Source: Ktedonobacterales bacterium (GTDB lineage: Bacteria; Chloroflexota; Ktedonobacteria; Ktedonobacterales; JADMIN01). From it: a stretch of 46,368 nt of DNA. The position numbers and the translations under genes are program-made. The notes below the pieces were generated by a model. That model made no database searches. It was given only the letters and a program-made list of their open reading frames with translations, and was not told where the DNA came from. The stretch covers positions 1 through 46,368 of the forward strand of contig DATBTW010000417.1 in assembly GCA_036559055.1 (NCBI GenBank), written 5' to 3'. Shown piece by piece: positions 16,283-25,611 of the stretch; the first letter of the stretch is position 1, and every line of letters starts with the position of its first letter.

Positions 16283-16325
16283 TCGGCGCCTCTATTGGCG
16301 CCATTCGGCGCCTCTATCGGCGCCA
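16283..16325. repeat. tandem 21-nt direct repeat, each unit a GGCGCC-6 nt-GGCGCC hairpin
   Basis: tcGGCGCCtctattGGCGCCa t tcGGCGCCtctatcGGCGCCa lies immediately 3' of tRNA-Leu in the Leu-Val spacer. Confidence 0.7.
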
Positions 16326-16330
16326 GTAGG

Positions 16331-16412
16331 TGCCTCCGAGTGGACTCGAACCACCACGCCCTTGCGGGCACAGGCCCTCAACCTGCTGCGTATACCATTC
16401 CGCCACGGAGGC
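16331..16412 (-). tRNA. tRNA-Leu (anticodon GAG), long variable arm; only CC of the CCA encoded
   Basis: Manual fold: GCCTCCG/CGGAGGC acceptor, anticodon loop TTGAGGG, variable arm GCCCGCAAGGGCGT, TTCGAGT T loop. 82 nt to the discriminator base. Confidence 0.85.
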
Positions 16413-16449
16413 ATGCCGCCACCGAGCTTCTCGCTCGGTAGCGACCATC

Positions 16450-16478
16450 AGTATACAAATCCTGCGCGGGTGTGTCAA
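16450..16478 (-). promoter_or_regulatory. sigma-70-type promoter for the tRNA-Leu/Val unit
   Basis: The minus strand reads TTGACA-17 nt-TATACT, about 35 nt upstream of the tRNA-Leu 5' end. Confidence 0.55.
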
Positions 16479-16644
16479 GCGCGAGCAGGCGGGCTGCTCA
16501 TTTCCAACCTTGAGTCCGCGCAGGCGGCGGGCGTAGCCGCCTCCCAGGCGCGGTTTCAACCGCCAGCCACGCTGCCCTGTGGTAGTCTGTTCCTGGGGCC
16601 ACGATGTGGCGCCGGAGCGTTGTCTAGCGTGGAGGTGTAGGCGC

Positions 16645-17301
16645 ATGGCGTTGATCGTTCCTTCGATTCTCTCGGCGGACTTCGCGCGGCTGGGGCAGCA
16701 GGTCGAGGAGGCGCAGGCAGGCGGCGCCGACCGCATCCAGATCGACGTGATGGATGGGCGATTCGTGCCGAACATCACCGTCGGGCCGCTCATTGTGGAG
16801 GCTGTGCGCCGCCACACCAGCCTGCCGCTCGAAGCGCACCTAATGATCGTCGAGCCAGAGCGCTACGTCGAAGACATCGCGCGGGCCGGAGCTGATATCA
16901 TCATCGTGCATCAGGAAGTCTCGCCCAACCTGCATCGCACCGTGCAGCAGATTCACGCCCTGGGCAAGCGCGCAGGCGTTGCCATCAATCCCGCCACGCC
17001 GCTCGCCGTCCTGCAAGAGATCCTCGGCGACATCGACCTCGCGCTCTGCATGACGGTCAACCCCGGCCTCGGCGGCCAGACCTTCATCGCCTCGATGGTC
17101 GGCAAGATCGAGCGGCTGCGCGCCATGATCCAGCAGCACAGTGGAACCTGCGACCTCGAAGTAGATGGTGGCATCTCCCCGGATACCGCGCCGCTCGTCA
17201 CACGCGCGGGCGCCAACGTGCTGGTGGCTGGCTCATCGGTCTACGGCGCCTCTGGCGGCGTCGCCAGTGGCATCGCCGCCCTGCGCAGCGCCATCGGCTG
17301 A
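16645..17301 (+). CDS. rpe: ribulose-phosphate 3-epimerase
   Basis: Start moved to MALIVPSILSADFARLG (GGAGG upstream). DVMDGRFVPNIT, HLM, NPGLGGQTF and VDGGI are canonical Rpe motifs. Confidence 0.9.
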   Translation: MALIVPSILSADFARLGQQVEEAQAGGADRIQIDVMDGRFVPNITVGPLIVEAVRRHTSLPLEAHLMIVEPERYVEDIARAGADIIIVHQEVSPNLHRTVQQIHALGKRAGVAINPATPLAVLQEILGDIDLALCMTVNPGLGGQTFIASMVGKIERLRAMIQQHSGTCDLEVDGGISPDTAPLVTRAGANVLVAGSSVYGASGGVASGIAALRSAIG

Positions 17302-17610
17302 GTCTCGCCAAGCGCGACACAGGACCATTGGCGACCGCAGCTACCATAAGTACTATTGGTACGGTTAAGTGAAGCGCGCGCCAGGCCCACGGCGACCCAG
17401 AAGCGCTCCCTTGTTCGTGGACGCTGCGCGCAGGCCCGATGTACAATGGCCTTACACTGCGGAGGGTATGCCAGACACGCTCGCACAGCGACCGGGACGC
17501 GAGCGACGCCTGCGTGTCGCATGCGCATCTCAGAATCCGCAGCATCTCACTCCTTCGCAGGCTCCGAGACGCTCGCGATTGTAGACGCGCAAGGGATTGA
17601 AGGGCGCCAT

Positions 17611-17979
17611 ATGAAGAAAATACTGGTCGCTGACGACGACACGGCGATCGCCGACTTGCTGCAGCAAGCGCTTGAAGCCGAGGGATACGAAACCTACAAG
17701 ACGACTCAGTCGCTACGATTCTATGACGCGGTGATTGAGCGAAAGCCCGACTTGATTCTGCTCGACCTGATGATGCCCTATCTGGAAGGCGAAGACGAGT
17801 TGCGCCTGCTCAAGATGAATGATGTGACAAAGCACATTCCCGTGATCGTCGTCACCGCGATGCAAGAGGCCAAGCACGACGAGCCGCGCTATCGCCGCGA
17901 TTTTGGGGTCATCGAAGTGGTGACGAAGCCATTTGACCTGGATAAGCTGGTCGCCAGTATCAAGCGCACGATTGGCTGA
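17611..17979 (+). CDS. single-domain response regulator (CheY-like receiver)
   Basis: MKKILVADDD..., phospho-acceptor context DLILLDLMMP, VIVVTA and KPFD. 122 aa, no output domain and no adjacent kinase. Confidence 0.85.
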   Translation: MKKILVADDDTAIADLLQQALEAEGYETYKTTQSLRFYDAVIERKPDLILLDLMMPYLEGEDELRLLKMNDVTKHIPVIVVTAMQEAKHDEPRYRRDFGVIEVVTKPFDLDKLVASIKRTIG

Positions 17980-18029
17980 GAGCGACCCGCAAAGGGATCC
18001 ATCAGGTCGGATGAGAGGAGCGGCTCGGC

Positions 18030-19118
18030 GTGGCGGAGACAACTGAGCAGGCGGTGGGTGGCGTGACCCCCACGCCGGACCCCGAGGCGCGGAACCGCGT
18101 GGCGCTCGACGCGATGGGCGGCGATTTCGCACCGGCGGAGGTCGTGGCGGGCGCTGTGCAGGCGGCGGGCGAGTACAACATGGGCGTGCTGCTGGTCGGC
18201 CCGGAGCCACAGATTCGCGCCGAGTTGGCCAAACACGACGTGACGGGCCTCGATCTGGAGGTCGTCCACACCGATGAGGTCATCGGCATGGATGAGCATC
18301 CCGCCGAGGCCGTGCGCAGCAAGCGCCGCAACAGCATCACCCTCTGCCACGAGCTGGTGCGCGATGGCCGCGCTATCGGCGCCGTCTCTGCTGGCAACAG
18401 CGGCGCCGTCATGGCGGCGGCCATCTTCACGCTGCGGCGCATCAAGGGCATCGACCGCCCGGCCTTTGGCGGGGTGCTGCCAGCGGCGGGCGGCAAGCAG
18501 GTGATGGTGCTCGATATGGGCGCCAACACCGACTGCAAGCCGCAGTGGCTCTTGCAGTTCGCGCTGATGGGTTCGGCCTACATGTCCACCATCTTCCGCG
18601 TGGAGCGCCCGCGTGTGGGTCTGCTCTCGAATGGCGAGGAAGAGACGAAGGGCGACCAGCTCACGCAGGAGGCGCACCAGCTCATCAAAGCCGCTGCGCC
18701 GGGCGTCGGCCTCAACTTCATCGGCAACATCGAGGGGCGCGACATCAACGCCGGCGGTGTGGATGTGGTGGTCTGCGACGGCTTCGTCGGCAATGTCGTG
18801 CTGAAGTCGGCTGAGGGCCTCAGCAAGATGCTGCTGGAGACGATCAAACGCGAGCTGACGGCTGGCCCCATCACCACCATCGGCGCGGCGCTGGCCAAGC
18901 CCGCCTTCGACCGCGTGCGCAAGCAGCTCGACTATCAGGAGTACGGCGGCGTGCCGATCCTGGGTGTGAATGGGGTCAGCATCATCTCGCACGGCAGCTC
19001 GAAGGCCAAGGCCATCAAGAACGCCATCCGTGTCGCGCGCCAGGCCGCCCAGGCCAACCTGCCCACGACCATCGCCGAGAGCGTGCGCAAGATGGAAGCC
19101 ACGACGCCCGCCAGCTAG
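18030..19118 (+). CDS. plsX: phosphate acyltransferase PlsX
   Basis: 362 aa. ALDAMGGDFAP, SAGNSGA, DGFVGNVVLK and ILGVNG..IISHGSS are typical PlsX blocks. GTG start with GAGAGGAG upstream. Confidence 0.9.
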   Translation: MAETTEQAVGGVTPTPDPEARNRVALDAMGGDFAPAEVVAGAVQAAGEYNMGVLLVGPEPQIRAELAKHDVTGLDLEVVHTDEVIGMDEHPAEAVRSKRRNSITLCHELVRDGRAIGAVSAGNSGAVMAAAIFTLRRIKGIDRPAFGGVLPAAGGKQVMVLDMGANTDCKPQWLLQFALMGSAYMSTIFRVERPRVGLLSNGEEETKGDQLTQEAHQLIKAAAPGVGLNFIGNIEGRDINAGGVDVVVCDGFVGNVVLKSAEGLSKMLLETIKRELTAGPITTIGAALAKPAFDRVRKQLDYQEYGGVPILGVNGVSIISHGSSKAKAIKNAIRVARQAAQANLPTTIAESVRKMEATTPAS

Positions 19119-19154
19119 CGCGTGTCGCTGCGCGCCGGAAAGTAGTTCCCACCA

Positions 19155-19652
19155 ATGGATGTCGCACGATTAGATGATATGCGCCTGACGGTGGTGGATG
19201 AGGTGGGAACGGTGAGCTTCGTGGCGCATGCCTCGGCGGCGGTGGCGCTGACCGCCGCCTGCTCGCAGAATCCCACGACCCTCCGCGACCTGCTCGACGC
19301 CTCCGAGCGCTATGATCGCGGGCTGCGCGCCACGGTGCTGCGCGGGCTGGCAGTCTTCGACGAGCACAACCTGCCCGACGACCTCAGCGACATCCACAGC
19401 CAGCTCGCATCAGTGCCCGCGCGCCAGACGCCCGTCTTCCGCGTGCTGGACGTCGTCACCCGCGAGGCCAGCCTGACGCCCGTGCGTACCGGTGTGGTGC
19501 TCTTCAACCTGCCCGCGCGGCGCATCGTCCAGATTCAGAATACCTATGAGCCGCTGGTGCAATCCGGCGAGGTCAACTACCACAATGGACGCTTCCTCAG
19601 CGTCCGCCTGCTCCCCTACCAGCTCTCCCCCGACTGGATGATCGTACCGTGA
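19155..19652 (+). CDS. hypothetical protein
   Basis: 165-aa GC3-rich ORF 36 bp after plsX. No motif I recognise. Confidence 0.45.
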   Translation: MDVARLDDMRLTVVDEVGTVSFVAHASAAVALTAACSQNPTTLRDLLDASERYDRGLRATVLRGLAVFDEHNLPDDLSDIHSQLASVPARQTPVFRVLDVVTREASLTPVRTGVVLFNLPARRIVQIQNTYEPLVQSGEVNYHNGRFLSVRLLPYQLSPDWMIVP

Positions 19653-19660
19653 CCGGGCGA

Positions 19661-19700
19661 TCTCTCCCCCTGTCCCCCTCCCCTTGCGACGGGCAGAGGA
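19661..19700. repeat. degenerate copy of the intergenic hairpin repeat (reverse orientation)
   Basis: tctctccccctgtCCCCCTCCCCttgcgacGGGCAGAGGa, directly after the stop at 19650-19652. Confidence 0.3.
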
Positions 19701-19751
19701 ACCACAGGTGAGAATGCCGCACGTGGTGAACTGGCGCGAGGAGTGTACGCG

Positions 19752-20519
19752 ATGTCTGATGACAACCTGAGCGAATATGACAATCGCGAAATCCTGCGTA
19801 TCGGCGACACCGTTCATCGGCCAGCGCACTGGTGGACGCCAGCCGTTCACGAGTTGCTGAAGTATCTGGAATCCGCTGGCTTCCCATACTCGCCGCGCGT
19901 CCTCGGCTTCGATGACGAGGGGCGTGAGGTGTTGCGTTTCATCAAGGGCGAGTCGGGCGGCGACAGTTGGGAAAAGATCATCACTGACGCCGGTCTGGCG
20001 AAGTTTGCCAGACTGCTCCGGGAGTACCACGAGGCGATTCGTGGCTTCGAGCCATCGCCTCAGTCGCAGTGGGCCTATAGCGTCGGCGCCCCAGGGCCGG
20101 GGGAGATCATGTGCCACGGCGACTTCGGCCCCTGGAACATTGTCTGGCAGGGGGATGAGCCGGTGGGCATCATCGACTGGGATATGGTTCTCCCGGCTCA
20201 GCCCCGCTTCGATGCCCTGTATGCGCTTCAGTACTCAGCCCCATTTTGTGATGACACAACCGCGCTGGAGTGGAACCACTTTCCATCGCCGCCTGATCGG
20301 AAACACCGCATCGAAGTCTTCACAGCAGCCTACGGCCTGGAGGAAGCTGGCGACATTGTGGGAGACGTGGCGGCGTTGCAACGACAGGTCGGCGGTTTCG
20401 TGGCGTGTCTTGCCGAGCGCGGCTTGCAGCCACAGGCCGACTGGGTCGCTCAAGGCGAGTTAGCCGAAGTCGAGACGAAAGCGACGTGGACGGAACGCCA
20501 TCGCGCGCTCTTTTCGTAG
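19752..20519 (+). CDS. aminoglycoside/choline-kinase-like phosphotransferase (APH family)
   Basis: Start moved to MSDDNLSEY (GAGGAG upstream). Catalytic-loop motif CHGDFGPWNIVW followed by GIIDWD. Confidence 0.75.
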   Translation: MSDDNLSEYDNREILRIGDTVHRPAHWWTPAVHELLKYLESAGFPYSPRVLGFDDEGREVLRFIKGESGGDSWEKIITDAGLAKFARLLREYHEAIRGFEPSPQSQWAYSVGAPGPGEIMCHGDFGPWNIVWQGDEPVGIIDWDMVLPAQPRFDALYALQYSAPFCDDTTALEWNHFPSPPDRKHRIEVFTAAYGLEEAGDIVGDVAALQRQVGGFVACLAERGLQPQADWVAQGELAEVETKATWTERHRALFS

Positions 20520-20520
20520 A

Positions 20521-20563
20521 CTCCCCCTCTCCTCGCGGGAGAGGGGGCTGGGGGGTGAGATTC
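20521..20563. repeat. intergenic hairpin repeat (forward orientation)
   Basis: ctCCCCCTCTCCtcgcgGGAGAGGGGGCTGGGGGGTGAGAttc fills the gap between two convergent genes (stops at 20519 and 20562). Confidence 0.65.
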
Positions 20564-21800
20564 ACCCCTGCACGATCGGGCTGAGCCGCTGGAAGAGTGT
20601 CTGGAGCGCCTGCTGTGTCGCGGCGCTCGTGGCGCCGTGCGCGATGGCGACGACCACCACGGCGGGCGCATTGGCGGGCTGCAGGATGCCCGCCGCGATG
20701 GCGACCGTTCCGCCCGTCCCATTCGCGATGGTCACGACCAGCGCGCCGGAGCCGATGAAGGTTGGCTGCGTCACGGCGCTAGCGCTCGTGGTGTTCGCGC
20801 TGGCCAGCAGCGCCAGAATCTCGCCCTGGTCGTGCGCGTTGGTCAGCGCGCCGCTCGCCAGCGCGGCATAGAAGAGCGAGAGGGCGCGCGCCGTTCCAGT
20901 CGCCTGCGTGGGCTGATGCGCCACAAACTGGAAGCCCGCCAGTTGATGCTGTGTCATAAAGGCGTCGAGTCCAGCGGAGTCGCCGACCAACTCATAGTCG
21001 AAGGTCAGCGCCTGCGCGTTGCCCGCCGCCAGATCGCGCGCGATGGTCGGCGGGCCGCTGCTGGCGTTGGGCTGCGCCGCGACGATGCCCCTGGCGTAGA
21101 GCGCGGTCAGCAGCACGGGGATGATCTGGCTGCCCAGGCTCTCCGGCTGATCGACGCCGGAGTTGGCGTAGCTGGCGCCCGCCGCCGGGAAGTAGAGCGC
21201 AGCGTGGAAGCCCGACCCCAGCGCGCCGATGGATTGGCCAAACGCGGGCGAGAGCGCGCCCAGGTCGCCGATGTCGCGCGCCTGCCCGCTCTGACTGGCC
21301 CCGCTCGCCGCGATCAGGCCGCTGGCCAGCGTCCAGCCGGAGCCGCCCGCCGCGTGCGTGGGGCCGCTCCAGGTGATCTGCGCCCAGCGCGCGCCCGCAT
21401 CCGTCGCGTAGCGCGTCACCTGCACGGCGAATCCGGGTTGCAGCGTGGCCACGGATTGCGCGCCGCCCGGGGTTGACACGACATGCAGGGTGGCGTTGGC
21501 GAGCATGGGCGATGGCCTGGCGAGCGAGGAATCGTAGCTCAGCGACCAGGGCGGCGTGATCAACTGCCCCGCGACGGACGGCAGCCGCCAGAAGCCGAAC
21601 GTCTCACCCGCCAGCGCAATGGGGATGACGCCGACCAGCAGAAACAGCACGAAGACGGTCAGTGTCGTGCGCAGCGCGTTTCCCCCGCCAGAGGGCGGCG
21701 CGGGCGCCCTGGCAGCGGGCGCGGCGGCGTGCGGCGCTCCGCCCGCCGCTTTGTTGTGGGCTGCGGCAGGTGGTGTAGCCGCCTTGCGTGGCTGCGCCAT
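20562..21800 (-). CDS. membrane-anchored hypothetical protein (possible SH3b-like plus degenerate serine-hydrolase-like region)
   Basis: 412 aa. Ala/Pro-rich cytoplasmic head, one TM helix (LTVFVLFLLVGVIPIALAG) and very high GC3. The domain guesses are weak. Confidence 0.55.
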   Translation of the reverse strand: MAQPRKAATPPAAAHNKAAGGAPHAAAPAARAPAPPSGGGNALRTTLTVFVLFLLVGVIPIALAGETFGFWRLPSVAGQLITPPWSLSYDSSLARPSPMLANATLHVVSTPGGAQSVATLQPGFAVQVTRYATDAGARWAQITWSGPTHAAGGSGWTLASGLIAASGASQSGQARDIGDLGALSPAFGQSIGALGSGFHAALYFPAAGASYANSGVDQPESLGSQIIPVLLTALYARGIVAAQPNASSGPPTIARDLAAGNAQALTFDYELVGDSAGLDAFMTQHQLAGFQFVAHQPTQATGTARALSLFYAALASGALTNAHDQGEILALLASANTTSASAVTQPTFIGSGALVVTIANGTGGTVAIAAGILQPANAPAVVVVAIAHGATSAATQQALQTLFQRLSPIVQG

Positions 21801-21882
21801 GACTTGCCACTCCCATCCAATACGCTACTCGTGCGCCTGTGCGCCGACCTCATCGTCGGAGCGTCTCAGGCGACCTGCGTAC

Positions 21883-21891
21883 AGTGTACCA
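21883..21891 (-). promoter_or_regulatory. extended -10 element TGGTACACT
   Basis: The minus strand reads TGgTACACT about 80 nt upstream of the ATG at 21800. It is identical to the element in front of tRNA-Arg(TCG). Confidence 0.3.
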
Positions 21892-21943
21892 TGCAGGCTC
21901 TCATGGGTAGAGCGAGTGAACGGCGGGGGCGATCCAGGGTCGA

Positions 21944-22564
21944 TTATTTCGAGGATGCGCCAGAGGAGGAGCCACCGGAGCCTGGGGCGATCTGGTAGAA
22001 CGTCACCTGGCTATCGGTGTAGTCGACGGTCACGGCGCCATAGCGGTCGAGCACATCGGAGCCGAGCAGGCCATCCACCCCCGCCGAGTCCTTCAGGTCC
22101 GAGAGCGGCGCGCTGGTGATCGTCATGGTGGGAAACTGCGCCTGCCCCACCGACCATTGCGAGATGGTCACGGGTGTGACACGCTGCTGGCCGCCGACCC
22201 CTGTGATGTCCTCTGGCGGGCCAGCCACCGTCAGCCCCAGTTGCAGCGCCAGCGAGCGGTCGATCAGCGTGAGGCTGGCGCCCGTATCCAGCGCCATCTG
22301 ATACGGGCCTTTGCCGTGGATCATGACATCTACCACCACCAGCGTCGCTCCACGGTCACCGTGGCGAATCTCGGCAGGCACGGTGATGCCATGCGCGGGC
22401 GTATTGGCCAGCGTGACGGGCGAATTCAGATTAACGGTGCAGCCAGTGAGGAACATGCCCAGCAGGCTGAGCGCGCACAGCGCCACGAAGAGGCGTCTCC
22501 AAAGCGCTCGACCGCCATGCGCCTGCGCCGGACGCCCCGGCGTGATCTGCCTTGTTGACGGCAT
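21944..22564 (-). CDS. retropepsin-like aspartic protease, probable lipoprotein
   Basis: 206 aa. Lipobox-like LTGC after a hydrophobic signal, and the catalytic motif ALDTGASLTLI (D-T-G) of clan AA single-lobe proteases. Confidence 0.75.
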   Translation of the reverse strand: MPSTRQITPGRPAQAHGGRALWRRLFVALCALSLLGMFLTGCTVNLNSPVTLANTPAHGITVPAEIRHGDRGATLVVVDVMIHGKGPYQMALDTGASLTLIDRSLALQLGLTVAGPPEDITGVGGQQRVTPVTISQWSVGQAQFPTMTITSAPLSDLKDSAGVDGLLGSDVLDRYGAVTVDYTDSQVTFYQIAPGSGGSSSGASSK

Positions 22565-22603
22565 CGCTCTCTCCTGCTCGCTTGCGATTCGCTACTGTAG
22601 CGC

Positions 22604-22643
22604 CCCATCCCAGCCCCTCCCCCGCTGTGGTGGGAAAGGGGAG
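22604..22643. repeat. degenerate intergenic hairpin repeat (reverse orientation)
   Basis: ccCCATCCCAGCCCCTCCCCCgctgtGGTGGGAAAGGGGag, in the divergent region between the retropepsin and the S9 peptidase. Confidence 0.4.
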
Positions 22644-22844
22644 CCACGAGGCGCGCAGGCAAACCGCCAATATTTGCGCACTGGTCAGCTTTGGCGGTCT
22701 CCTGGCATCCTGTACGAGCGTACGCTGCGACAAGTTAACGCACACGCCATGCCGCCTTGCTGGTTGATCCGCTCCCAGTTCGCCGCTGTTTTGCTGCGGA
22801 TTGGGCCAACTCTGGTCATGTTCTGTGGGAGCCGATGGCGTACA

Positions 22845-25286
22845 ATGGAGAGAAACGACGCGCCAGACATTCTGTTCGGGACGCCGCTCGCACAGGCGCC
22901 AGCAGACGGATACCATGCCAGAGAAGACGGAGGAAATCGATCGGTGACAGACGAGACGCCAGCCACGCCACAGACGGGGCAAGAGAGTCAGACGGATCAG
23001 ACATCCACCGGCACGCGCCTCGACCAGATAGACGCCGCTCGCTCCGCTGCGCCCCAGCGCGCGGCCACAGTGACGGCCCCGCTTGCCATGGGCGTCATGA
23101 GCGAGCCAGGGAACGGTGTCATGCTCGATAGCGCGCAGGAGGCGACAGGCGCAATGAGCGAGGAACCTACCGTCGAACCAACTGAGACAGCATTCGACCC
23201 CACAGCGTACTCCGTGTCCGATGATGCGACCAGGCCGCTCAACGGCGCCCACGAGCCAGGAGCCGCGCCGTTCGCAGCCAATAGCGACGCGCACACCGCG
23301 CCCGATGCGCCGCCAGCAGAGCAGCCAGCAGAGCAACCGCCCGTAGCCGCGTCGAAGCCAGGCCCGATGGCGGGAACCGCCACCAAGCCGCTCACCTCTC
23401 TCGACGACCTGACGTCCGAGCCACTGCCGCCAGAGGTCGCGCCGCCAGCCGCCACCTCCAGCGATCGCGCCCGCGACGCCGAGTTCGCCCGCTACTACGC
23501 GGTACGCACGCACGGCGGCCCCATCGCCTTCGCGCCCGATCTCTCGCAGGTGGCCTATATCGCCAACACATCGGGCCAGTTCAACATCTGGCGGCAGAAT
23601 CTCTCCGGCGGCTGGCCCTCGCAGGTGACGACTTTCGAAGATGAATCAACCCGCTCGCTGATCTGGACGCCCGCTGGCGACATCATCGGCGCCGCCGACC
23701 ACGCAGGCGGCGAGCAGTACGATCTGTTCTCGATTCCCGCGCATGGAGGGGTGGTGCGCTACCTGACCGATCAGCCCGACGCGCAGTATGAGCTTTCCGA
23801 GGAAGGGCTATCGCCCGACGGTCGCTACCTGGTCTACTCTGGCAACGACCGCACGCCCACCGACGGCGACGTGCTGATCCGCGACCTGCAGTCCGGCGAG
23901 ACGCGCCGCGCGCTGGCCAATGGCCACTACAACGTCGCCATCAACTGGTCGCCTGATGGCCGCTACGTCACCGTCATGGATATCCGTAGCAACACCGATA
24001 TGCGGCTGTGGCTACTGGAAGCGGCGACCGGCGAGGCGCGCGAGTTGCTGCCCCATGACGACGAATGCTACCTGGCGCCAGGCCCGTGGCTGCCCGATAG
24101 CTCTGGCCTCTACCTCATCACCGATCGCGGCAGCCAGTTCAAGGGCATCGCACGCTACATGCTCGCCGATGGCGCGATGGAGTGGGTGTTGACCCCGGAG
24201 TGGGATGTGGAGCAGGTGACACTCAGCGCAGATGGCCACCGCCTGCTGTGGACGCTGAATGAGAGCGGCCGCAGCCAGCTCCACCTGCGCGACAACGAGC
24301 AGGCGTCGCTACGTGTCTCTGGCCTGCCCATCGGCGTGATCGAGTATATGAAGCTCTCGCCCGATGGCCAGACGCTGGCGCTACGCATCAACTCGGCGAC
24401 GGCGCCCGCTGAGGTCTACATGCTCTCGCTAGGCGCGGTGGGCGTGGTCAGCACGCCCCATCTGCGCCGCCTGACCTTTGGCATGCTGGGCGGCCTCGAT
24501 CCCTCCGACCTGATCGCGCCGGAGCTGGTGCGCTATCGCACCTTCGATGGCCGCGAGATTCCCGCCTGGCTGTATCGCCCGCGCGGCGCCTCAGAAACGC
24601 AACTCGCGCCGCTGGTGCTCTCGATCCACGGCGGCCCAGAAGCGCAGGAGCGCGTCGAGTATCGCGCGCTGTACCAGTTCCTGCTCTCGCGCGGCATCGG
24701 CGTGCTGGCGCCCAACATCCGTGGCAGCACGGGCTATGGCAAGGCCTACCAGAAGCTGATCCACCGCGACTGGGGCGGCGGCGAGCTGAAGGACATCAAG
24801 GCGGCGGCGGAGTATGCGCGCTCGCTCTTGTGGGTCAACCCGCACAAGCTGGGCGTGTACGGTGGCAGCTTCGGCGGCTTCGCCACGCTCTCGGCGGTGA
24901 CGCGCCTGCCCGATTACTGGGCGGCGGCGGTCGACATCGTGGGGCCGAGCAACCTGCTGACCTTCGTGCGCAGCGTGCCGCCGACCTGGCGCCGCATGAT
25001 GGCGGCCTGGGTGGGCGACGCCGATGACGACGCCGATCTGCTGCGCGAGCGCTCGCCCATCACCTATGTGCGACAGACCCGCGCGCCACTGCTGGTCTTG
25101 CAGGGGGCCAATGATCCGCGCGTGGTCAAGGCGGAGTCTGACCAAATGGTCGAGACGCTGCGCTCCGGGGGGCATGAGGTCGAGTATGTTGTCTTCCCCG
25201 ATGAGGGCCACGGCTTCACCAAGCGCGCCAACCTGCTGCGCGCCTACTCGTTGACGGCGGACTTCTTCGAGCGCCACCTGCTGTAG
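22845..25286 (+). CDS. S9 family serine peptidase (prolyl oligopeptidase/acylaminoacyl peptidase type) with disordered N-terminal extension
   Basis: Beta-propeller-like repeats (SPDGRY.., WSPDGRY.., [16 protein letters not shown]) followed by a catalytic domain with GGSFGG, GANDPRV and EGHGF. The start is uncertain (22818, 22845 or 23367). The track start at 22311 overlaps the divergent retropepsin gene. Confidence 0.75.
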   Translation: MERNDAPDILFGTPLAQAPADGYHAREDGGNRSVTDETPATPQTGQESQTDQTSTGTRLDQIDAARSAAPQRAATVTAPLAMGVMSEPGNGVMLDSAQEATGAMSEEPTVEPTETAFDPTAYSVSDDATRPLNGAHEPGAAPFAANSDAHTAPDAPPAEQPAEQPPVAASKPGPMAGTATKPLTSLDDLTSEPLPPEVAPPAATSSDRARDAEFARYYAVRTHGGPIAFAPDLSQVAYIANTSGQFNIWRQNLSGGWPSQVTTFEDESTRSLIWTPAGDIIGAADHAGGEQYDLFSIPAHGGVVRYLTDQPDAQYELSEEGLSPDGRYLVYSGNDRTPTDGDVLIRDLQSGETRRALANGHYNVAINWSPDGRYVTVMDIRSNTDMRLWLLEAATGEARELLPHDDECYLAPGPWLPDSSGLYLITDRGSQFKGIARYMLADGAMEWVLTPEWDVEQVTLSADGHRLLWTLNESGRSQLHLRDNEQASLRVSGLPIGVIEYMKLSPDGQTLALRINSATAPAEVYMLSLGAVGVVSTPHLRRLTFGMLGGLDPSDLIAPELVRYRTFDGREIPAWLYRPRGASETQLAPLVLSIHGGPEAQERVEYRALYQFLLSRGIGVLAPNIRGSTGYGKAYQKLIHRDWGGGELKDIKAAAEYARSLLWVNPHKLGVYGGSFGGFATLSAVTRLPDYWAAAVDIVGPSNLLTFVRSVPPTWRRMMAAWVGDADDDADLLRERSPITYVRQTRAPLLVLQGANDPRVVKAESDQMVETLRSGGHEVEYVVFPDEGHGFTKRANLLRAYSLTADFFERHLL

Positions 25287-25611
25287 CCTGGCGCCACCGG
25301 AGAGCTCTCGGCGGACGCGCGCTCTCGGCCTTCAAAGGCCGGAGCACGCGAGGACGGCTTAAAGGCCGCTTGGCGCCTGCCTGCCTGCGGCGGCGCATGG
25401 GGATGGGGCATGTATGCCCCGTCCGCGCCGTGCGTCGGCCATTGATGGCCGCAGCCGCCCCTCCTGCCACACGTGCTCCATCTGTTCGAGATTGCTGCTC
25501 TTCGCTCCATACCTTCCGTTTTTGGCGCCGCTGCCAGAGAACAGAGAAGCATTGATTCGTCGTGATCTGGCTGGATGGGGCGGGCGCTGGCGCCTGCCCC
25601 GAGGAGAACGA

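Noticed and set aside
16105-16412. tRNA-associated genomic island or integrated element (also considered at 30550 and 41230)
   Set aside because: There is no integrase, excisionase or transposase, and no direct repeat of a tRNA 3' end, anywhere nearby. The flanking genes are housekeeping genes with native codon usage.
16314-16817. 167-aa minus ORF and the 16579 start of the rpe ORF
   Set aside because: The minus ORF runs through tRNA-Leu and its promoter. The rpe N-terminal extension precedes a clear GGAGG-ATG start that matches the canonical Rpe N-terminus.
17889-18992. 367-aa minus-strand ORF opposite plsX
   Set aside because: It mirrors a well-supported plsX frame. It has an Arg/Ala/His-rich product and no Shine-Dalgarno. 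The same reasoning applies to 18002-18538.
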